Assembly (NCBI GenBank): GCA_001002285.1
Contig: LCLX01000003.1
Span: 76,915 to 140,914, forward strand
Length of the DNA stretch: 64,000 bases
From: Microgenomates group bacterium GW2011_GWC1_46_15
Lineage (GTDB): Bacteria; Patescibacteriota; Microgenomatia; UBA1400; UBA12028
Direction of reading: 5' to 3'
In this document: one piece after another, positions 59,128 to 64,000 of the stretch
Layout of the letters: each line of letters opens with the position of its first letter
Numbering within the stretch: position 1 is the first letter of the stretch
Notes under the pieces: generated by a model
The model's input: the letters and a program-made list of their open reading frames with translations, nothing else
Database searches by the model: none
Told to the model about the DNA's origin: nothing
Program-made: the position numbers and the translations under genes

Positions 59128-59325
59128 TTATGCTTTCTTCAAGACCGGCATTCCGGTTCTCTTTGTTTCCATGACCTCATAGGCTGCTGGAACAGCGTCC
59201 AACGATCCGTCTCGCACATCACGTGCGAAAAAATAGATCTGCTGCGTGCGACCATTTTTCAGGGTCACCTTACGTGTGTGCAGAAAGTAGGTTTGGCCTT
59301 TACTGTTTTTGTATGCGTATGCCAT
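59128..59325 (-). CDS. Small basic conserved hypothetical protein
   Basis: AGGAGG RBS, own terminator; NSKGQTYFLH..IYFFA..TGMPVLKK. Confidence 0.75.
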   Translation of the reverse strand: MAYAYKNSKGQTYFLHTRKVTLKNGRTQQIYFFARDVRDGSLDAVPAAYEVMETKRTGMPVLKKA

Positions 59326-59432
59326 ACAGCACCTCCTTTTATATGTATACCGTTCACGCCAAGTTCATTGTATAGCACTCTTGAGGAAAACTTCAAGAGG
59401 GTATTTTTTCCCTCTCGTCTGGAGCGTATGTG

Positions 59433-59927
59433 CTATAAGGAAAGCGCCCCTTCAAGCAGTGTTTTCTCGAGGAAATTATCGTTTTTTGTTTCTTTCGAAA
59501 CAATGATTGTGAGTTCGCCTGTAAGCGAGACGCGTGAAATATAGTCAAGTAAAAATCCCGCTTTTTCTACCTTCAGTGTTCCTAGTTTAACAATGTTCCC
59601 ATCGGCATTTTCTATCCAAGCTTGATAGTATCCGCTGCGGAGTTCGGGAAGCGTGGCAATAATGGTGAGGCTTTTTTTATCATCCGACCAGTTCACAACA
59701 CCCAACCCCTCACTGTCATCAACGCCCTGCATTTGAATACTATTTTGTTTTGGAACACCAAACTTTTGTAAAAGAGAGTTTCCTTGTTCGCTTATTTCAA
59801 CATTTCCTTGGTCTGAAATTTCCGGTGTACGGAGACGGTTTTTTACCGACCACCACCGGTACGAATAAAAGACACCAAGAAACACGAGTACGAGGATGGG
59901 CAGGAGAAACATTGCTTTGTCTTTCAT
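59433..59927 (-). CDS. Single-pass membrane protein (RskA C-terminal-like)
   Basis: TM followed by LP....YQAWI....LG.L. Confidence 0.55.
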   Translation of the reverse strand: MKDKAMFLLPILVLVFLGVFYSYRWWSVKNRLRTPEISDQGNVEISEQGNSLLQKFGVPKQNSIQMQGVDDSEGLGVVNWSDDKKSLTIIATLPELRSGYYQAWIENADGNIVKLGTLKVEKAGFLLDYISRVSLTGELTIIVSKETKNDNFLEKTLLEGALSL

Positions 59928-59954
59928 GACGTTCTCCTTGGCTTTAGACTACAC

Positions 59955-60581
59955 CTACTTCAAGAGATTTGCAATAGTTTGCTCCAGATCCTGGACGGAA
60001 GTTTTTTGACTATTCACGTAAAACGTTGGTGTTGCGCTTACACCAAGCGCTGTTCCGTCTTTTACATCATTTTGTATCTGTTGTTCAAACGTTTTGCTTG
60101 AAAGCGATGTCTTCATCAACTCTGGAGGAATGCCCAATAATGTGCCATAGGCGATAAAAATCGACTCCGCTTCTTCTGCTGATTTTTCCGACCATTCTTG
60201 CTGGCGTTCAAATAATATATTGTGGTACTCCCAATACTTATTTACACTTCCCGCGGTTTCTGCCGCCAATGCCGCTGCTTGTGAATTTTTGTGAATTGCT
60301 ATGAGTGGAAAGTTGCGGTAAATAAACCGCAGTTGTTCACCATACTGTGTGATAAGTTGCTCAACCAGTGGCTGGGCTGCCCGGCACGCCGGACACTGAA
60401 AATCGCTAAACTCCACAAGCGTTACTTTTGGTGTTGCGCTTCCAGTTGCATGGCGCTCATCCCCAACCAGGCGTTTCATCTCGATTGGAGCGGAAGTTTT
60501 TTGCGAAAATGCAATAGCAATAATGGTCACAACAATGACTGTACCCAACAGCATGCCGATAAGAAGTTTGATGTTTTGCAT
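59955..60581 (-). CDS. DsbA family oxidoreductase
   Basis: EFSDFQCPAC, NFPL, GVSATPTFYVN. Confidence 0.9.
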   Translation of the reverse strand: MQNIKLLIGMLLGTVIVVTIIAIAFSQKTSAPIEMKRLVGDERHATGSATPKVTLVEFSDFQCPACRAAQPLVEQLITQYGEQLRFIYRNFPLIAIHKNSQAAALAAETAGSVNKYWEYHNILFERQQEWSEKSAEEAESIFIAYGTLLGIPPELMKTSLSSKTFEQQIQNDVKDGTALGVSATPTFYVNSQKTSVQDLEQTIANLLK

Positions 60582-60594
60582 ATATGTTTTTAGC

Positions 60595-60867
60595 TTACTT
60601 TGGCCAGACTTGTTCGCCAGTTGCTACGTCGGTGATCACGATTGCCGCGGTGGGACAGCTTTGCGCCGCGAGCAACTTCATATCGTCGAGTTCGTTTTGA
60701 GAAATCACAATCGCTTTTTGTTCTCCATCGAGTTGAAATACTTTTGGGGCAATCGCTACACACGATGCCGCACCGATACATTTATCACGTAGTACTGTAA
60801 CTTTGTATTTTTTTCCTTCTGCCAGCGATGCAGATGGTGCTGTCGGTGGTACTGGCTGATCACTCAT
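60595..60867 (-). CDS. Ferredoxin (single cluster, 3Fe-4S-like)
   Basis: CIGAASC..CPTAAI. Confidence 0.88.
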   Translation of the reverse strand: MSDQPVPPTAPSASLAEGKKYKVTVLRDKCIGAASCVAIAPKVFQLDGEQKAIVISQNELDDMKLLAAQSCPTAAIVITDVATGEQVWPK

Positions 60868-60882
60868 GTGTATCTCCTTCGA

Positions 60883-61605
60883 TTAAAAAAACTTTTCGTG
60901 ATGAATATGCTCTTGTTTAACTCCGCGGGCAAGCAACAACTGCTGGACTTCTTTAATCATGCCGCCATTGCCGCACAAATAGTATCCCGCATACTCTACC
61001 ATGGGGTGAACACTCAGACAATCTGTAACACGACCACGGCAGAGTGTCCAGTCATCTCCGGCTTGGGAAAATACAAGGTGGAGTGAGAAGTTTGAAAATG
61101 TTTTTTCTAATTCCTGAAATTCTTGTATCCAAAACGAGTCCTGTGTATACCGAAGACCCCAGTACAACACCATTTTTCGTGCGTCGTGTTTGTTCTGTAG
61201 TTGATCAAGAATGATACTATGTAATGCAGAAATACCAGAGCCCGTCGCAACAAAAACGAGTGCTTTTTCTTGCTGACCAATCTCGGTTTCCTGCGATTCA
61301 ATACCAAACATCCCAACTGGAGCAAGAAAAGATACCGAGTCACCAGGCCGGAGACTTCCGAGATAGCGCGTTCCATACCCGCGTGGCGTGTTGTCAACTA
61401 AAAGTTCCACTGCGTGGTCAAGTGAAGGAGGTGAGACAATGGAGTAACTTTTCTTCTGTTCTGTGCCGGGGACGTTTAATAAAATGTACTGCCCCGCTTT
61501 AAATGAAAGCGTGTGTGGTTCAACGAGTTCAAATGTTATTGAATAAAATTTTTGATTGTATTCAAGCGAGTCGGAAACTTTGGCTGTGTATTGTTGTGGT
61601 GGCAT
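60883..61605 (-). CDS. FAD/NAD(P)-binding oxidoreductase (FNR family)
   Basis: FKAGQY, SYSI, ATGSGI, YLCG, EKF. Confidence 0.88.
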   Translation of the reverse strand: MPPQQYTAKVSDSLEYNQKFYSITFELVEPHTLSFKAGQYILLNVPGTEQKKSYSIVSPPSLDHAVELLVDNTPRGYGTRYLGSLRPGDSVSFLAPVGMFGIESQETEIGQQEKALVFVATGSGISALHSIILDQLQNKHDARKMVLYWGLRYTQDSFWIQEFQELEKTFSNFSLHLVFSQAGDDWTLCRGRVTDCLSVHPMVEYAGYYLCGNGGMIKEVQQLLLARGVKQEHIHHEKFF

Positions 61606-61663
61606 ATCAAGGCAAAAGTATGACAAAGAATGCGGTGAATTGCAATAAACTTCCAGAAAAATA

Positions 61664-62530
61664 CTAGAGTTCTTCAATTTTGATCGTTGAAGTATCAAGA
61701 TTCTTATTTAAAAACTGTAAATATTTTTCTGTCGTTGTAATGCGGCGATGGCCGACAAGTTGGCTGACATACACAAGCGGCGTTCCCGCGGCAAGTTGTT
61801 CAACAATAAATGTGTGCCGCAAATCATTTACTTTCGCGCCCGTAATGCCGGCAAGGCGGAAGTAGCGATCAATCGCCGCACGGATGTTTCGTACAAGAAA
61901 CGGTTTGCATGTTTTTGTGACAAACAATGTTTTCTCGCGGGTTTTTGGCCGTACGGTTAAGTACTCTTGAATTGCACGAAGCGCGGCGTTATTGAGTGGG
62001 ATTGCGCGCTCACTATGTGTTTCACTATTTTTCGCAAGAATCGTGCGTTTTCCCGCATCCACATCGCTTACTGCCAAGTTAGCAAGTTCGCTGATACGAA
62101 TTCCTGTTTGTAACAATACCTCTACAATAGTGGACATGCGCCGGTCGGAGCGGCATGCGTCACGGAGCGCACGGTACTCTACTTTCGTTAAAATGCGCGG
62201 CGCAGCGTTTTCATACTTCGGGCGCTCAACACTTGAAACAGGATTCTTTTCTACAACTCCTTCTTCGTGGAGGTATGAAAAAAACGCTTTCATAGAGTTC
62301 ATTTTGCGGACTATAGATTTGTCGGTGTAGCGTTTATCTTTGAGATTTTGCGCGAATAATTCAATGTGTTCCTGCGTAATTTGCGTGGGATCAGTCATGC
62401 GTTGCGTTTCCAACTCTTCGACAAGTTGCTCGACGTCTTTGCCATATGCAAGGAGTGTTGAGGCCGCCTTTTTCTTTTTCTTTAATGCGGTGATAAATGC
62501 TGAGTGATAGTCGCGAAGCGTCTTTGACAT
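61664..62530 (-). CDS. XerC/XerD-like tyrosine recombinase
   Basis: TGIRISEL, NDLRHTF, LVGH..TTEKY; N-terminal SAM-like domain. Confidence 0.85.
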   Translation of the reverse strand: MSKTLRDYHSAFITALKKKKKAASTLLAYGKDVEQLVEELETQRMTDPTQITQEHIELFAQNLKDKRYTDKSIVRKMNSMKAFFSYLHEEGVVEKNPVSSVERPKYENAAPRILTKVEYRALRDACRSDRRMSTIVEVLLQTGIRISELANLAVSDVDAGKRTILAKNSETHSERAIPLNNAALRAIQEYLTVRPKTREKTLFVTKTCKPFLVRNIRAAIDRYFRLAGITGAKVNDLRHTFIVEQLAAGTPLVYVSQLVGHRRITTTEKYLQFLNKNLDTSTIKIEEL

Positions 62531-62599
62531 AGGTGCTGTGATACACTGGGTCAGGAGATGTAATTGGGCGGATAATAACACTTATAGGACCGTTCGTCA

Positions 62600-62995
62600 A
62601 TGAAGTTTTCACAGAATTTTTCTCAGAAAAGGCCTTTTCTTTTTTCCCGAATTTTTTTTGTGATTTGGTTGATTTTTTGCGCGTCCGTGAGTGTTTCGTT
62701 GACCAAAAGCCTCTTTTCTATCGTATCGTCGCAGTCCCGCGTACGTGTTTTAGAAAAACAACACGCCGAATTGGAACGGAAAAACGCAGGCTTAGAACAA
62801 AAGATTACTAACTCCCGCACACCGTTTGCAAAAGAAAGTATTATCCGCAATGAGTTGGGGTTGCAAAAACCAAACGAGGTTGTTGTACAAGTGCCGGACT
62901 CCGCAACGCCAGCCGCTGAGGAACAAAAAAATGAAAATCCATCTGTTTCGGAGCCTATTTATCGTCAATGGATTACGTTGTTTTTCGGCAGTTAG
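62600..62995 (+). CDS. Septum formation initiator (FtsB/DivIC-like)
   Basis: TM, coiled coil, RNELGLQKPNE. Confidence 0.75.
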   Translation: MKFSQNFSQKRPFLFSRIFFVIWLIFCASVSVSLTKSLFSIVSSQSRVRVLEKQHAELERKNAGLEQKITNSRTPFAKESIIRNELGLQKPNEVVVQVPDSATPAAEEQKNENPSVSEPIYRQWITLFFGS

Positions 62996-63069
62996 CCTGG
63001 TATAATGTCTTCTCTCGCAAAAACGCGGCGTTGGCGTGATAGATTGGCGCGTAGGTTGCGAGAACATCG

Positions 63070-63347
63070 CGCGGGGTAGTGTACGGCTGCACGTGAGGCT
63101 CAAGTGGGCCACGCCCGTAGAAATACGGAGTGAATTTCGGCTATATCGGTGAAACCTTCAGGCGAAAGCACAGGCAATACCGAGGAAAGATCTCCGGAGT
63201 AATCCAGAGAAATCCGTAGAGACTATACGCCGAACTTGTCGTTAGTTTGCAAAAACTAGCAGATAAGAAGATATAGTCCGACACTCTTGGAAACAAGAGA
63301 AACAGATGCATAATCTCGCAGACAAGGTTCGACTCCTTGCCCCGCAA
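63070..63347 (+). tRNA. tRNA-Met(CAU), initiator-type, intron-containing (exons 63070-63100 and 63309-63347)
   Basis: CGCGGGG/CCCCGCA acceptor with C1-A72 mismatch; T arm CAAGG-TTCGACT-CCTTG; spliced loop CT^CATAA. Confidence 0.88.
63101..63308 (+). ncRNA. Group I self-splicing intron (208 nt)
   Basis: Exon-terminal U in a P1 U-G wobble, P7 GAGACTA/TAGTCC, AAGATATAGTCC, terminal G. Confidence 0.9.
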
Positions 63348-63349
63348 CA

Positions 63350-63378
63350 AAAAAGACCGCCCGAAAGGGCGGTTTTAC
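63350..63378. terminator. Bidirectional rho-independent terminator
   Basis: A-tract, ACCGCCC-GAAA-GGGCGGT, T-tract. Confidence 0.85.
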
Positions 63379-63411
63379 TATTTACTATACATAGAGTGAT
63401 TCTCCACACAT

Positions 63412-63834
63412 TTAGTACTCTGCCAACGCCACTACTTTTACTCCCAAGACTTTTTTCTGTTGATGCTTGGGATTATCAGTAATAATCACCGCATTTGTCT
63501 TTTGAGCGAGGCTTAAAAAACTCGCATCGTAAAACGTGATGTTGTGCTGCTGCGCTATATCCATTGTGTGCAACGCCTGTTCTTCGTCTTGCATAATAAA
63601 TTGAATTGGTAATGCATATACTGTTGCTAAAGAAGATTTTGCCTGAGGTGGTTCCATTTTTTTCCGAAGCAAAACATTTCCCACTTCATATTTCGCCAAC
63701 TCTGGAGCTATAAGTGTAATCCCTTTTTTCTTAACATCTTCTAGGATGTGGTCGGCGTTATCTAACCATTTTTCATCTTCACTATTGATCCATTTCACAA
63801 TAACCGAAGAATCAACAACAAAAGTTTTTCCCAT
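63412..63834 (-). CDS. PIN-domain (VapC-like) toxin
   Basis: VVDSSV..YEVGNVL..TFYDASF..ITD. Confidence 0.88.
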   Translation of the reverse strand: MGKTFVVDSSVIVKWINSEDEKWLDNADHILEDVKKKGITLIAPELAKYEVGNVLLRKKMEPPQAKSSLATVYALPIQFIMQDEEQALHTMDIAQQHNITFYDASFLSLAQKTNAVIITDNPKHQQKKVLGVKVVALAEY

Positions 63835-64000
63835 TAATGATTCTCCCTATCTTCTGCAATCATTTGGGACAAATTTCCATGTTTTCCTTTAAATGACCGA
63901 GCGAGTTCAATGTTGTGCCATATGTCATTCCAATTAATCGCTTGTTTTTTTGCTTGAGCGTGGGGCTTAAGAATAACGTTTTCCTGTTTTATCTCGATAC
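63834..64000 (-). CDS. Probable antitoxin (partial)
   Basis: Open frame ..IEIKQENVILKP..IAEDRENH; TAATG stop/start overlap with the PIN gene. Confidence 0.6.
   Translation of the reverse strand, partial: IEIKQENVILKPHAQAKKQAINWNDIWHNIELARSFKGKHGNLSQMIAEDRENH

Noticed and set aside
63141-63350. 69-aa minus-strand ORF or homing endonuclease
   Set aside because: Antisense to the tRNA and intron; no endonuclease motifs
61664-64000. Prophage or integrative element at the tRNA
   Set aside because: No phage genes or att duplication seen; an FtsB-like gene lies between the recombinase and the tRNA

Overview
Gene-dense bacterial chromosome segment, mostly minus-strand, standard genetic code. Gene content and protein style suggest a Patescibacteria/CPR genome, probably Microgenomates (inference): DUF5667, a VirD4-like ATPase, Pro/Cys-rich surface proteins, an archaeal-type ATP-dependent ligase and a split transketolase. 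The main finding is an nrdR-led operon with tandem NrdR boxes encoding THREE full-length, divergent class II (adenosylcobalamin) ribonucleotide reductases. They differ in the specificity loop and are interleaved with NUDIX and MazG-like pyrophosphatases, with cobO and maf nearby. Also present: a group I intron in an atypical initiator-type tRNA-Met, a tRNA-Ile(UAU), two copies of a covarying ~68-nt hairpin, a recurrent intergenic motif AGDTCGGGWC, many apparent leaderless promoters, a CsoR/RcnR operator ahead of a thioredoxin operon, three PIN toxin-antitoxin pairs and a Fic protein. All calls come from motif recognition by eye; no database searches were run.
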